From Bdellovibrionota bacterium (GTDB lineage: Bacteria; Bdellovibrionota_C; UBA2361; JBGSMV01), in contig JBIKWF010000012.1 in NCBI GenBank assembly GCA_044356455.1, forward strand, positions 1-62,277: a stretch of DNA of 62,277 bases. The letters run 5' to 3'. The notes beneath the pieces are model-generated. The model saw nothing but the letters and a program-made list of their open reading frames with translations. It ran no database searches and was not told the origin of the DNA. This document shows positions 35,987 to 45,319 of the stretch, piece after piece. The first letter of the stretch is position 1; every line of letters begins with the position of its first letter. Position numbers and translations under genes: made by a program.

Positions 35987-37741
35987 CTACCGGAATCGTT
36001 CGCTGGCCTGCGTGGCCCCGCGATTTTCGGAGAGTGGCGCTGGGCTTAGCTGAGTTTGTCGAGGTTCGTCAAAAACTAAAGACCAAAGAGGGTCAAGCAG
36101 ATCTGTCTTTGGTTCCATCTCGCCCTCGGAAGTCTCTGTTTCCTCATAACTTCCAGGGAACTGTGGTCGGGTGAGCTCTGGGCAACGTTCGCAGATCTTG
36201 TCGCAGATTTCATACCCCACCGCACTTAGCCAGCGTAAGTTGGTCGCCATGCATTCTTCAAATTCTTTATCGGTCAGCGGCGAAGTGAGCAGACGATTCT
36301 GTTCAAAAAGATTACCGACGGCACCTATGTCGATGAAGCGCCTCGAAAGGTCGGAATTGTCTACGAGGTGCCATTCTCTAAAGAGCGACTGCATCTCTCT
36401 GTTCATCGTAGAGAGCCATTTCAGATCGTTGCTGACACGCATAAAGAGTGTGAGGTCGGTGAGTTTGTTTTGGGCAAAGAGAAAGGCAAAGAAGCTCCAG
36501 TAAACCGCAAAGTCCCATATCACCTTCACCGGCATAACGCGCGGGTTGCCAAAAACTTGGTAGAGATCTTGGTACACAAGAAAAGTGTTGTCAGCGAATG
36601 AAATCAAAAGCTCATTATAAATTTTCGTGAGCTCAGAAACCTTTTTCCCGGCACGTTCGCGCGCAATGAGGTCGCAGATAAGGGTATTGCTAAAAGCAAT
36701 ATAGTCACTGCCGGGTGAATAGAGGGGATCGATGAAGATGCCGCAGTCCCCTGTGAGAGCCCAGCGGTTGGTCGAGAAGAGCTGAGAGCTCCGACGTGAA
36801 AAGTTTTTGAGTGCAAGAAAGTCTTGAAGTTTGTGTTTTTCTTGCTCAACTGCCGCGGCACAGACGGGTTCAAATTGGCTGAGCCAGCCAAGTGCTTTTT
36901 CGAAAGAGTTTTGGTTTTCAAGTGGATGAATGCGCGGGTCAGATACTATTCCAAGGCTCGTGGAACCTGAGGCGAGGGGAATAATCCAGACCCAGTAGCC
37001 TTCGCCCATGAGGTGATTGGTGCTAAACCAGCGCGAGGTTCTGCCATGATTGTGCTCGGTCCAGGAAGGCTCTTTGCACCATGTGTCGATACTTATTTTG
37101 CTCCCGATTCGGAACCATACCGCGTTGATATGGTGCGAACATTCTTCTTTAAGGCCAAGTTTTTGTTTCAGAATAGCCGCACGTCCCGAAGCATCAATCA
37201 CCCAGTCGGCTTCAAGGCTAAGAGTCTGACCCTGCCTCGTGGCCGTCACGTGGTGCGGCCCCCCGGTTTCTGAGATGGTTACCTCTTGCACGTGCGCTTC
37301 TTCACAGAAGGAAACACCAAGGTCTCTTAGAAGTTCCCCGAGGTGATTCTCGAGCCGACCTCTGTCAACTTGAAAGGTATTGCGGGGGAAAAAACGGTTG
37401 GACCCCATCTCAACCCGGTCTTCAAGCTTTGAACTCTTAGAATTATGAAAGAAGCAACGCAGTCCCAGTTTAGGAAGCTGATCTTGTTTAAGGTGGTCGG
37501 TGAGTCCAAGCACGGATGAAAAATAGGTAGCGGCCACTTCGACAGTCGATTCTCCGACCTTGAAGGCAGCTTCTGGTGCGGGGTGCGAGTAGCGCTCAAG
37601 GACCGTAATCTTTAGATCTGGCGACTGACGCTTGAGCTGAAGCGCCGCCGTGAGGCCAGCAAGGCCCCCGCCAAGAACGAGGATATCACTTGCGGCGGCG
37701 GGCGACTCCGAGTCGCGAGGGAGAGACTGATCAGATTTCAT
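35987..37741 (-). CDS. Flavin-dependent halogenase
   Basis: GGGLAG, KVGES, conserved K in PKLG, WVWIIP (WxWxIP), FIDPLYSPG. Confidence 0.88.
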   Translation of the reverse strand: MKSDQSLPRDSESPAAASDILVLGGGLAGLTAALQLKRQSPDLKITVLERYSHPAPEAAFKVGESTVEVAATYFSSVLGLTDHLKQDQLPKLGLRCFFHNSKSSKLEDRVEMGSNRFFPRNTFQVDRGRLENHLGELLRDLGVSFCEEAHVQEVTISETGGPHHVTATRQGQTLSLEADWVIDASGRAAILKQKLGLKEECSHHINAVWFRIGSKISIDTWCKEPSWTEHNHGRTSRWFSTNHLMGEGYWVWIIPLASGSTSLGIVSDPRIHPLENQNSFEKALGWLSQFEPVCAAAVEQEKHKLQDFLALKNFSRRSSQLFSTNRWALTGDCGIFIDPLYSPGSDYIAFSNTLICDLIARERAGKKVSELTKIYNELLISFADNTFLVYQDLYQVFGNPRVMPVKVIWDFAVYWSFFAFLFAQNKLTDLTLFMRVSNDLKWLSTMNREMQSLFREWHLVDNSDLSRRFIDIGAVGNLFEQNRLLTSPLTDKEFEECMATNLRWLSAVGYEICDKICERCPELTRPQFPGSYEETETSEGEMEPKTDLLDPLWSLVFDEPRQTQLSPAPLSENRGATQASERFR

Positions 37742-38514
37742 ATCGTCAAATCCTTAGGGACTGCTATCCAGACGAGCGCGAGGCGATCAAGCTTAGCTGA
37801 GCCTATCGAAAACTGGCTCCCTTTAACAGCCGCTGGGGAGAGTGTTTTGCAGAGGCGAATGTGTTTTGGGAATTCTTCTCCACCTAGTACTAGCTCGGCG
37901 TCGAGGAAGCCAAAGTACTGATGGCAGAGGGGGAATATCGCTTTGTACAATGCCTCCTTGGCGCTAAGAAGAAAGAGGAGGCGAGAACGTGCGGGCAAGT
38001 CGGCGGTGTTCGGGGGTGGTGAGACTTGTTCTGCAAGGACCCATTCCGCTTCAGATGGAGAAGCAACCTTTTTCACTATCTCGGGAGAGAGAAGTCTGTC
38101 GCTGTCTTCTAGGTCAATTCCCACGCTATGGTAGTGAGAGGAGGCTCCTACTACTGCCACCGCTGAAAAAATGCCCCTCCTTTGCCCACCCTCAAAGCGG
38201 CGTGTGTGTGACAGGGAGCCCGTCGTCCTCTCTGGCCAGATGGGGGCGCCGAAGGAGTCGATGAGTAAAGGCGCCTCGCCTAGCGACATCAAGGGGGAGC
38301 TACTACTGGCTGCGGAGGCAGAGAAGCTCGATTCTCTCTCAAGACGGCGCAATGCATGCCGAGCTGCTGCTCGTCCTAGACCGAACTGAACGAGTCTCGA
38401 GGGCGAGGCGCCAGGAGCAAGAGCAGCTCGTTCAAGAGGGTGAAGTTCTTCCGTGCGAAAATCGGCCTGATCGATGAGGCAAAACACAAGACCATCGATG
38501 GAAAATTCATTCAT
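37738..38514 (-). CDS. 4'-phosphopantetheinyl transferase (EntD/Sfp type)
   Basis: GRAAAR, P.WP..GSLSH, GIDLE, SAKEALYKA. Confidence 0.92.
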   Translation of the reverse strand: MNEFSIDGLVFCLIDQADFRTEELHPLERAALAPGASPSRLVQFGLGRAAARHALRRLERESSFSASAASSSSPLMSLGEAPLLIDSFGAPIWPERTTGSLSHTRRFEGGQRRGIFSAVAVVGASSHYHSVGIDLEDSDRLLSPEIVKKVASPSEAEWVLAEQVSPPPNTADLPARSRLLFLLSAKEALYKAIFPLCHQYFGFLDAELVLGGEEFPKHIRLCKTLSPAAVKGSQFSIGSAKLDRLALVWIAVPKDLTI

Positions 38515-38521
38515 GCTGGGG

Positions 38522-39043
38522 CTATTTTACTTCGACGGACTCGCTTTCTTCTTCGTCAAAATCAGAAGTGCATGAGAAGTCCTGGTCCTCTGCCGCCGCG
38601 GCCGAAATTACTGCAGCGGGGGTTTTAACCCGTCCCGAGACCTCGAATTTTAGTCCAAAATTAGAAATCCCGGATAGAGAGCGGTCCTCGAGTTCGGAAT
38701 CGAGAAAGTTGTAGAAAAGAAAAGCGCTGCCATCTCCGCAGGTGACGACGTCGTCTGGTGAGCGCAGGTCAGACTCGTCGGTTGAGTCATCATAGATGCG
38801 AGAGGTCCCAGGAAGATACTGCAAAGCAGAGGACACCTTCACGACAACTTGCACTCCATCGGGAGTTCCGTCCGCTTCCGTTTTCGTTTCAAAAAATACT
38901 TCAGTTCTTACCGATTCACCGACGCTAATGTCATCCGCAAGGATATTTACATTCTGGACTTCGTATCTGCCGTTAAAGTCGAGAGAGGTTCCACAGCCGA
39001 TTATGCCAAGGACTGCGGTGATAAGAGTCAATTTCTTTAGCAT
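38522..39043 (-). CDS. Hypothetical lipoprotein
   Basis: Lipobox IIGC, acidic beta-rich domain. Confidence 0.7.
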   Translation of the reverse strand: MLKKLTLITAVLGIIGCGTSLDFNGRYEVQNVNILADDISVGESVRTEVFFETKTEADGTPDGVQVVVKVSSALQYLPGTSRIYDDSTDESDLRSPDDVVTCGDGSAFLFYNFLDSELEDRSLSGISNFGLKFEVSGRVKTPAAVISAAAAEDQDFSCTSDFDEEESESVEVK

Positions 39044-39052
39044 AGAACTCTC

Positions 39053-39592
39053 CTAATATTGAACTAAGGCCGCAATGCGGCGCTCTAAGTTTGTTATCCA
39101 CGTATTGTAGCGCGTATGAATGCGATCCGTGCCTTCAGAGTCTGTACGAAACAAAAGATTCTCACTGTCTACATACGCAATTCTGACCTGAACATTATCG
39201 TAGCTAATTTTAATAGTGGCCGCGTGTCCGCCGCGTGACTGCCGCGCAATGATTACTCCAGGAGCTTCCTTCTGGATGATCCACTCGTAGTCGCGGAGCG
39301 CCTCCGTAATGAGGGCTCTGACAGAAGTCTTCCGGCTAGAAATCGTAGCCTCAGCAACTGTTATCGGCCGCGGCTTGTACATCTCCCTGTTGCGGTGAAC
39401 GCATCCTGCGGAGGTAAAAACAAGGGCGAGGGCCAGAGCGGTAGAAAGTATGCGGAAGTGGCTGCGCAATAAAAGGTGACCAAGGGAGCTGGGAGTTGGG
39501 CGGTAGTTCTTGCTTGGGGATAGAATCTTCATAGAGGGTGGTCCTAATGAAACTGCTCTTCGCCGCAGAAATATCTCGCAGAAATATCTCAC
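39053..39592 (-). CDS. Conserved hypothetical lipoprotein (true start probably downstream)
   Basis: Lipobox SAGC, W....PG.I.A....H.A...I.Y....I.Y.DSENL...IH..YN.WI.NL pattern. Confidence 0.7.
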   Translation of the reverse strand: MRYFCEIFLRRRAVSLGPPSMKILSPSKNYRPTPSSLGHLLLRSHFRILSTALALALVFTSAGCVHRNREMYKPRPITVAEATISSRKTSVRALITEALRDYEWIIQKEAPGVIIARQSRGGHAATIKISYDNVQVRIAYVDSENLLFRTDSEGTDRIHTRYNTWITNLERRIAALVQY

Positions 39593-39830
39593 TGAGTCCT
39601 TCTCCGGCCTGAAAGATATCCGCTCGCAGATTAGCTGCTTCGCTTTCGCGCCAAAAGTACTACCGGGTTGACTCCAGCGAGGCGAACTTGCCGCCGCGGG
39701 TTAGGGCGGCTAAGCCACTAGATTCTTGCGTAAATTTTGCTCAAGGTAAAGTTCCTATAGGGCCAGAAGACTGCGGCTAGAGCGACTTCGGAATTACGCG
39801 AGATTGGTGTTAGTATTCCGCCGGTTATGG

Positions 39831-39866
39831 CTCACGGGCCCGGTGGGATCCCGTGATATATAAAGA
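39831..39866 (-). repeat. Family B terminal remnant upstream of the chain-length-factor operon
   Basis: CTCACGGGCCCGGTGGGATCCCGTGATATATAAAG matches the B end. Confidence 0.55.
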
Positions 39867-39900
39867 TTTACGGTTCTTGCGTGTAAGGTAAAAGTCTCTC

Positions 39901-40716
39901 ATGAGCGTGCTCGCAGAAATCTCTATCGAAGCCTGGTCTGCATGGGCGCCGGGCCTAAGTTCAAGAGAGGCATGGCTGAATTGGGCCCGCATCGGGTCAT
40001 GTCGCCTGCCGGAGGAAAGTCTCGAGCGCCCACCCGTGCAATTTATGCCTCCCATGTTGAGGCGTCGATGCGGTGATGGAGCGCGAGCGGCGCTTGCGGT
40101 GGCATACGCATGTTTAAAGCCCGATGATCGCATGTCGCTCCCCGTGGTCTTTGCTTCGCGGCACGGGGAAGCTCAGACTACGTTGTCGATTTTACAGTCT
40201 CTTGCAAAGGCCGAGCCCCTGTCGCCCATGGATTTTAGTCTTTCTGTCCATAATGCATCTTCTGGCATCTTCTCTATTGCGACGGGCAACACCGCACCGG
40301 CGAGTGCTATTGCCGCGCGCCGGGGAATTGTAGCTGCGGGATTTCTAGAAGGGCTGAGTCAAACGCGAAGCAGGGGAGGCAGTCGGTTCCTTTGTGTTTT
40401 TCAGGAAGAACCTGTGCCATCGCAGTTTCTTAGTCCCTCCCAGTACTATCCAGAGCTCTTTGGCCTTGCTCTCTTGTGCCGGGAGACTGATGCGAATAGC
40501 GATCGGTTCGCGCTTGTCGAACAAGTGAGTTCATGGGCGATGGAGTCAGTCCCAGAAGAGGTGGAGGCACTATCCTTCCTTAAGTGGTGGCTTGCGGGGG
40601 AAGCCGCTCGTTTTGAGTTAACTCACTCGCTTGGACTTCTCCGCGTCGCATCGCGAGCCAAGGCCGCCGCCCCAACGCATAGCGAGTTTGTTGAGCCTGG
40701 TACTGCGAGGACCTGA
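39901..40716 (+). CDS. Beta-ketoacyl synthase chain length factor (ApeC-like)
   Basis: PPMLRRR, FASRHGE, SP.DFSLSVHN, no catalytic Cys. Confidence 0.9.
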   Translation: MSVLAEISIEAWSAWAPGLSSREAWLNWARIGSCRLPEESLERPPVQFMPPMLRRRCGDGARAALAVAYACLKPDDRMSLPVVFASRHGEAQTTLSILQSLAKAEPLSPMDFSLSVHNASSGIFSIATGNTAPASAIAARRGIVAAGFLEGLSQTRSRGGSRFLCVFQEEPVPSQFLSPSQYYPELFGLALLCRETDANSDRFALVEQVSSWAMESVPEEVEALSFLKWWLAGEAARFELTHSLGLLRVASRAKAAAPTHSEFVEPGTART

Positions 40717-41615
40717 TGCGCAGGCAATCTGCTATGAGCTCGACTACTTCTGCTTCGACTTCTGGGGAGGCTCATTCTGGCGCAGGTGGGGAAGTATTCT
40801 CGAACCGCCTGAGAGGCTTCTGCCGCATGGGCCTTATGGGTCTTATGTACGCCCTTTTCTGGGGAGGGACCATTGTCGTTTTTCTTGTAATGCTTTGCTT
40901 GCGGCTGCTGCTGCCGAGGTCCCGGCGCCGTGAGCTGCTTCAGGGAATACTAGGAGCAGGACTTCGGCTTTTTTTTCGAATTACGAGGTGGTGTGGGTTA
41001 GTCAGGGCAAGAATAGAATTCGAGCGCCCAGCACCAGAGATGCCGGATGTTACTGCTCTTCTGAGCCAGCGCAGGCCTTTGACGAACGGACTGGTTCTTG
41101 CAGGCAACCACCCCTCGCTACTCGATGCGCTTCTCATTCTTTCGCGCTTCCCGCACACGGCATGCATTTTTAAGAGTGATCTAAGACGGTCAGCCCTCCT
41201 GCGCTTTTTTGTTCATGAACTTGGCTTTGTGGCGCATGCTGATTCAATCTCTGTAATTTCAGACTGCGTTAGAATCGTGAAAGATGAGGGCCGCCCTCTT
41301 TTGTTCTTCCCTGAGGGGTCGCGGTCTCCTCCCGGACGGCTCCATCCCCTAAGTCGCGGAGCAGCGACGGTGGCGCTGCGCGCGGGGGTCCCCCTTGTCC
41401 CAGTGCAATTTTCTTGCTCTCCGGTGATCCTCTCAAAGGAACAAAGATGGTTTGAGATTCCAGGGGGTTGTGTTGATCTTGCCGCATGTGTTTGCTACCC
41501 TCTTAAGGCCGGAACGCCGGTTGAATCTTCTCCTGTGCCAACCGAACGTGATCTCGCGCAGGAGCTTACGATCGTGCTTGAGCAGAAGCTTCTAAAAGCT
41601 GTGGATACTCAGTGA
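40716..41615 (+). CDS. Lysophospholipid acyltransferase (ApeD-like)
   Basis: NHPSLLD, FPEGSRS. Confidence 0.9.
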   Translation: MRRQSAMSSTTSASTSGEAHSGAGGEVFSNRLRGFCRMGLMGLMYALFWGGTIVVFLVMLCLRLLLPRSRRRELLQGILGAGLRLFFRITRWCGLVRARIEFERPAPEMPDVTALLSQRRPLTNGLVLAGNHPSLLDALLILSRFPHTACIFKSDLRRSALLRFFVHELGFVAHADSISVISDCVRIVKDEGRPLLFFPEGSRSPPGRLHPLSRGAATVALRAGVPLVPVQFSCSPVILSKEQRWFEIPGGCVDLAACVCYPLKAGTPVESSPVPTERDLAQELTIVLEQKLLKAVDTQ

Positions 41616-41777
41616 GTATCGCTTAAAAAGGCAGTTGAAAGAGTTTAGCCGCCTCAGACTGTTATCATGCAAGCAGCTTCATGCGAGTGGCTCATACGAT
41701 TTGGGCGTTTGGCAGTTGGGGTCACGGGAGTAGTTTTTTAGGCGCGGAGTGCTTGCGCCGTTGAGAGCGGGGTTAGG

Positions 41778-42071
41778 ATGTCTACTGAATTGGGAGCGCT
41801 GGAGAAAGAACTTAAGGACTTCATCATCGCTACTCTTGCGCTCGAGGATATCACTGCTGAAGAAATACAAAGCGACGCGCCCCTTTTCGGTTCGGGCTTG
41901 GGACTTGATTCGGTTGACGCGCTAGAGCTTGGTGTCGGACTTCAGAAGAAATTTGGCGTGAAGCTCGACCCTAAAGATGATTCTACTCGTCAGCACTTTC
42001 GTTCGGTGCATGCCCTTGCGCTGCTTGTTTCTGAGCGGCGGGCAGGGGCGGGCTTGCTAACACCTGGATAG
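41778..42071 (+). CDS. Acyl carrier protein (ApeE-like)
   Basis: PLFGSGLGLDSVDALELG. Confidence 0.93.
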   Translation: MSTELGALEKELKDFIIATLALEDITAEEIQSDAPLFGSGLGLDSVDALELGVGLQKKFGVKLDPKDDSTRQHFRSVHALALLVSERRAGAGLLTPG

Positions 42072-42135
42072 CGGCCCCGGATAGCGGATTGTAATCGACT
42101 CTACAGGGACCCCGTGGGGAATCACGGTTAGGTGA

Positions 42136-42444
42136 GTGACTGATTCTTTGATGCGCGGTGATTTGAAGGAGTGTGAGGTGGTTACACGAGAGGAGCTTAT
42201 TGCAACCCTTCAGGAAGTGGGCGCGCAGGTTCTCGGCATTCCGATTGAAAAAGTGACGCCGTCCGCTTCGCTACGGGACGATCTTGGGATGGACAGCATT
42301 GATATGTTCGACGTGCTGGCGCTTGTTGAGCAGCGTTTCTCCGTTAACATTGAGCGCGAGCATTTTAGCGACGTGCGCTGCATAGCGGATGTAGTGGAAG
42401 TTCTGCTCAGTAAATACGCAGCCGAGATGCGGGGACAAGCATAG
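42136..42444 (+). CDS. Acyl carrier protein (ApeF-like)
   Basis: DLGMDSID. Confidence 0.9.
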   Translation: MTDSLMRGDLKECEVVTREELIATLQEVGAQVLGIPIEKVTPSASLRDDLGMDSIDMFDVLALVEQRFSVNIEREHFSDVRCIADVVEVLLSKYAAEMRGQA

Positions 42445-42882
42445 ATGTCGAAGCAGGGCGCCCTTGTGCCGGCCGCGTCTTTTGAGGCAGGTCATTGGCC
42501 CGAACACGTGAGGTGGGAAATTACGGGCTCACGAGTCTCGATGTATGGCCGAGTGCCCCGCGACCTTTTTCATTTGATTGGACATTTTCCGGAAAACCCC
42601 TTGGTGCCAGGGTTCGTAGTAGTGAGTTGGGCCCTTGGTGCTCTGGAGCGATCACTGCAGCGCCCCATTAACGTAAGGGCGATGCGTCGACTGAAATTCT
42701 TACGCGCACTTCGACCTGGAGATGCCTTTTTGCTCAGCATGGAACTTGGAGCTTGCTCATCAGGACGACGGCAGGCTGCATTCTCATTCTTGGAAGATGG
42801 AGAGGCTCCTGGTTCGTTCCAGGAAGTTCCGTTCTGTTCAGGCGTGCTTGACTATGACGAGGGAAGTTACGGTGTTAACTGA
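42445..42882 (+). CDS. FabA/Z-like dehydratase (ApeI-like)
   Basis: GHFPENPLVPG, LKF..LRPG. Confidence 0.85.
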   Translation: MSKQGALVPAASFEAGHWPEHVRWEITGSRVSMYGRVPRDLFHLIGHFPENPLVPGFVVVSWALGALERSLQRPINVRAMRRLKFLRALRPGDAFLLSMELGACSSGRRQAAFSFLEDGEAPGSFQEVPFCSGVLDYDEGSYGVN

Positions 42883-43648
42883 GGTTCCGGCTCAAGCGCG
42901 GGGTTGTTCAGAGTCATTTCGTCCTTGCCTTGGGATTCCCGTCTATAACCACAAGGCCGCAATTGCAGATACGTGGAGGGAGCTTATCGTGCACGGGCTT
43001 CCATGTGTTGCGGTGGATGACGGAAGCTCTGATGGCAGCGCTGAAGTGCTTGATGGCCTTGCGCGAGCATCGTCTTTGTTGACCGTGCTTCATCGGCCCT
43101 ACAATGGTGGAAAGGGCGCCGCAGTATTGGATGCACTGCGCTGGGCATGGGAGCGTGGTTTTACGCATTTGTTGCTGGTGGACGCTGATGGTCAGCATGA
43201 ATCAGGAGATATTCCGCTTTTTCTTCAGCGTGCGAGAGACTGCCCGGAATCGTTAATTCTTGGTTGCCCGCAGTTCGATGCGACCGCTCCGCGTGCCCGG
43301 GTTTATGGCCGAGAGCTTTCGAATGTTCTGGTCTGTATTCAGACTCTGTCTTTGCAGGCTCGAGATGTGCTTTGTGGGTTTCGTGTGTATCCACTCCTCA
43401 GGGCAGCTCCCCTGTTACTTGCTGCAGTGAAAAGTCGGCGAATGGAGTTCGATGTCGAGGCGGTAGTGAGGTTGCGATGGTCCAAGGTTAGGGTAGAGAA
43501 TGTGCCGACTCGTGTAAGGTATCCTCGGGACGGATTATCGCACTTTAGATATTCGGCCGATAACGTGCTCATTGCCTTGACCCATGTGCGGCTCCTGGCG
43601 GGGATGATGATGAGATTTCCGGTGCTTTTGTGGCAGAACCTAAAATAG
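42872..43648 (+). CDS. Glycosyltransferase family 2 (ApeJ N-half-like)
   Basis: IPVYNH, VDDGS, GKG.A, DADGQH, CGFRVYP. GTG start after GAGGGA. Confidence 0.9.
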   Translation: MLTEVPAQARGCSESFRPCLGIPVYNHKAAIADTWRELIVHGLPCVAVDDGSSDGSAEVLDGLARASSLLTVLHRPYNGGKGAAVLDALRWAWERGFTHLLLVDADGQHESGDIPLFLQRARDCPESLILGCPQFDATAPRARVYGRELSNVLVCIQTLSLQARDVLCGFRVYPLLRAAPLLLAAVKSRRMEFDVEAVVRLRWSKVRVENVPTRVRYPRDGLSHFRYSADNVLIALTHVRLLAGMMMRFPVLLWQNLK

Positions 43649-44598
43649 ACAGCACGCGCGCTGCGCCTTCCTCTCCGGCAGAGGGCTGGGCTGCGTATCG
43701 TGAGCGCAGCGGGAGATTCTGGCTCAAGCTTGTGGTAGTTGTTTATCGCTTCGTCGGTAAGAGGTTTTGCAGTTTGCTGCTGTACCCCGTTTCCCTTTAT
43801 TTCTTCCTCTTTGCTGGAACGGTGAGGCGCTCATCTCTTGAATTTCAAGCGCGTGTCCATGCGGGTTTAGGGCTCGCTCCACGGGGCCGAATTGCGTCTG
43901 GAATGCAGTGTTACCGCCATATTCTCGAATTTGCATGGTGTCTTCTTGATAAGTTTTCTGCTTGGCAAGGAGATATTGAGCGGAGCCATGTTGAGTTCCA
44001 TGGGAGGGATCAAGTCCGTGCCTATCTCGATGCAGGCAAAGGGGTGGTCTTGCTTGGTGCGCACTTAGGCAATTCGGAAGTGCTCCGCGCGGTCTCGGGC
44101 AATCAACCTGGTTCGATGGTTAATGCCGTGATGTATACGTCGCATAACCCTGCGTTTAATGAAGTCTTGGATGACGCGGCCAAAGATCCCACTTTGCGCA
44201 TGATTCCCTCAGAGAATTTCGGCCCGGAGATGCTCGAAAGGCTTCGTGAATGTATCTCGCGCGGCGAGGTAGTGGCGATGTTGGGCGATCGGATTATGCC
44301 GGGATCGCCGGACAAAGCGATAGGTATTCCCTTTCTTGGATCCGAAGCCCAATTCCCTGTCGGGCCCATTGTGGTCTCCTCATTGCTTGAGTGCCCAGTG
44401 TTTTTAACTTTTTGCTTTCGCATGAGCGACGGGTCGTACCAAGCATTCTTCGAGCCCTTTGCCTCTCGTATTGAACTTCCACGTGCACGTCGTGCCGCGG
44501 CTTTGGAAGAAACTCTTCGCCGTTATGTCACTCGCGTCGAGTTTTATTGTAAGCGTTATCCGCTGCATTGGTTTAACTTCTACCCCTTCTGGAAATAG
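43630..44598 (+). CDS. LpxL-like acyltransferase (ApeJ C-half-like)
   Basis: AHLGNSE, LGDR, FLG..A.FP.GP, YP.HWFNFY.FW. Confidence 0.88.
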   Translation: MAEPKIDSTRAAPSSPAEGWAAYRERSGRFWLKLVVVVYRFVGKRFCSLLLYPVSLYFFLFAGTVRRSSLEFQARVHAGLGLAPRGRIASGMQCYRHILEFAWCLLDKFSAWQGDIERSHVEFHGRDQVRAYLDAGKGVVLLGAHLGNSEVLRAVSGNQPGSMVNAVMYTSHNPAFNEVLDDAAKDPTLRMIPSENFGPEMLERLRECISRGEVVAMLGDRIMPGSPDKAIGIPFLGSEAQFPVGPIVVSSLLECPVFLTFCFRMSDGSYQAFFEPFASRIELPRARRAAALEETLRRYVTRVEFYCKRYPLHWFNFYPFWK

Positions 44599-44653
44599 GA
44601 GTGGCAGAACAGGATAATCCAGGGGTTGTTCGCCTTTCTCTCTCTGGGGATCC

Positions 44654-45319
44654 TTAGGTCCCGCGAGATTCGACGGCTAGGGTGATTCCGTGAGGCGCAT
44701 CTATAACCAAAAAGGATCCTGGCGGTGATGGGAGATTATAGCGGGCAAGCCCCTGGCAGGGATCGGACCGATAATCTGGTCTATCAATAAGGTATGAGGA
44801 AGCCTGATTCGCAGTGTCGAGGGGGAGGAGCGCAAACTCTATGAGAGCCAGGAGTCTCTCGGCTGGGAGCCACTCCGGCCAGAGAGGGTGTGTCTCGGCC
44901 TGATAGTTTGGGTCCTCGCTTGAAAGAGAATTCCGAACCAAAATGCCGCGATTCCCAAAAGGCGTCATTCCAACAAGGATATTGCCCTCAGAAGAAAATT
45001 CAACATGGGCCTCGAATTCGTAGGATTCCTCTTGCGAGCGAGCGGTTACGCGATACGAACGAAACTCTACTTTGTGTGGAAAGGTCATCTCTGGGATTGC
45101 TGCGTGCGGTCCCGAAGAGGAGAGCGCCCCAGTGAGTGTGCCAGTGAGTGTGCCAGTGAGTGTGCCAGTGAGTGTGCCAGTGAGTTTCGCAGAGTGGCTT
45201 ACGCAACTCTGAGCGAAAGGAGTGCCAAAGGAAGGCGGGCGAAGGGTGCAGCTCGCTAAGCCTAGTACGGCAAGCAAGAGTGTGGCTACGGTGTGCTGGG
45301 AAACTATTCTCGCTCTCAT
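44654..45319 (-). CDS. DUF3261-like lipoprotein (ApeN-like)
   Basis: Lipobox LASC, ATGA overlap with the MMPL stop, LVGMTPFG.R and LP.ERLLA.I motifs. Confidence 0.65.
   Translation of the reverse strand: MRARIVSQHTVATLLLAVLGLASCTLRPPSFGTPFAQSCVSHSAKLTGTLTGTLTGTLTGTLTGALSSSGPHAAIPEMTFPHKVEFRSYRVTARSQEESYEFEAHVEFSSEGNILVGMTPFGNRGILVRNSLSSEDPNYQAETHPLWPEWLPAERLLALIEFALLPLDTANQASSYLIDRPDYRSDPCQGLARYNLPSPPGSFLVIDAPHGITLAVESRGT
45129..45185. repeat. 12-bp coding VNTR (CCAGTGAGTGTG x4.75) encoding LTGT repeats
   Basis: Perfect tandem copies at 45129, 45141, 45153 and 45165, partial copy at 45177. Confidence 0.95.
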
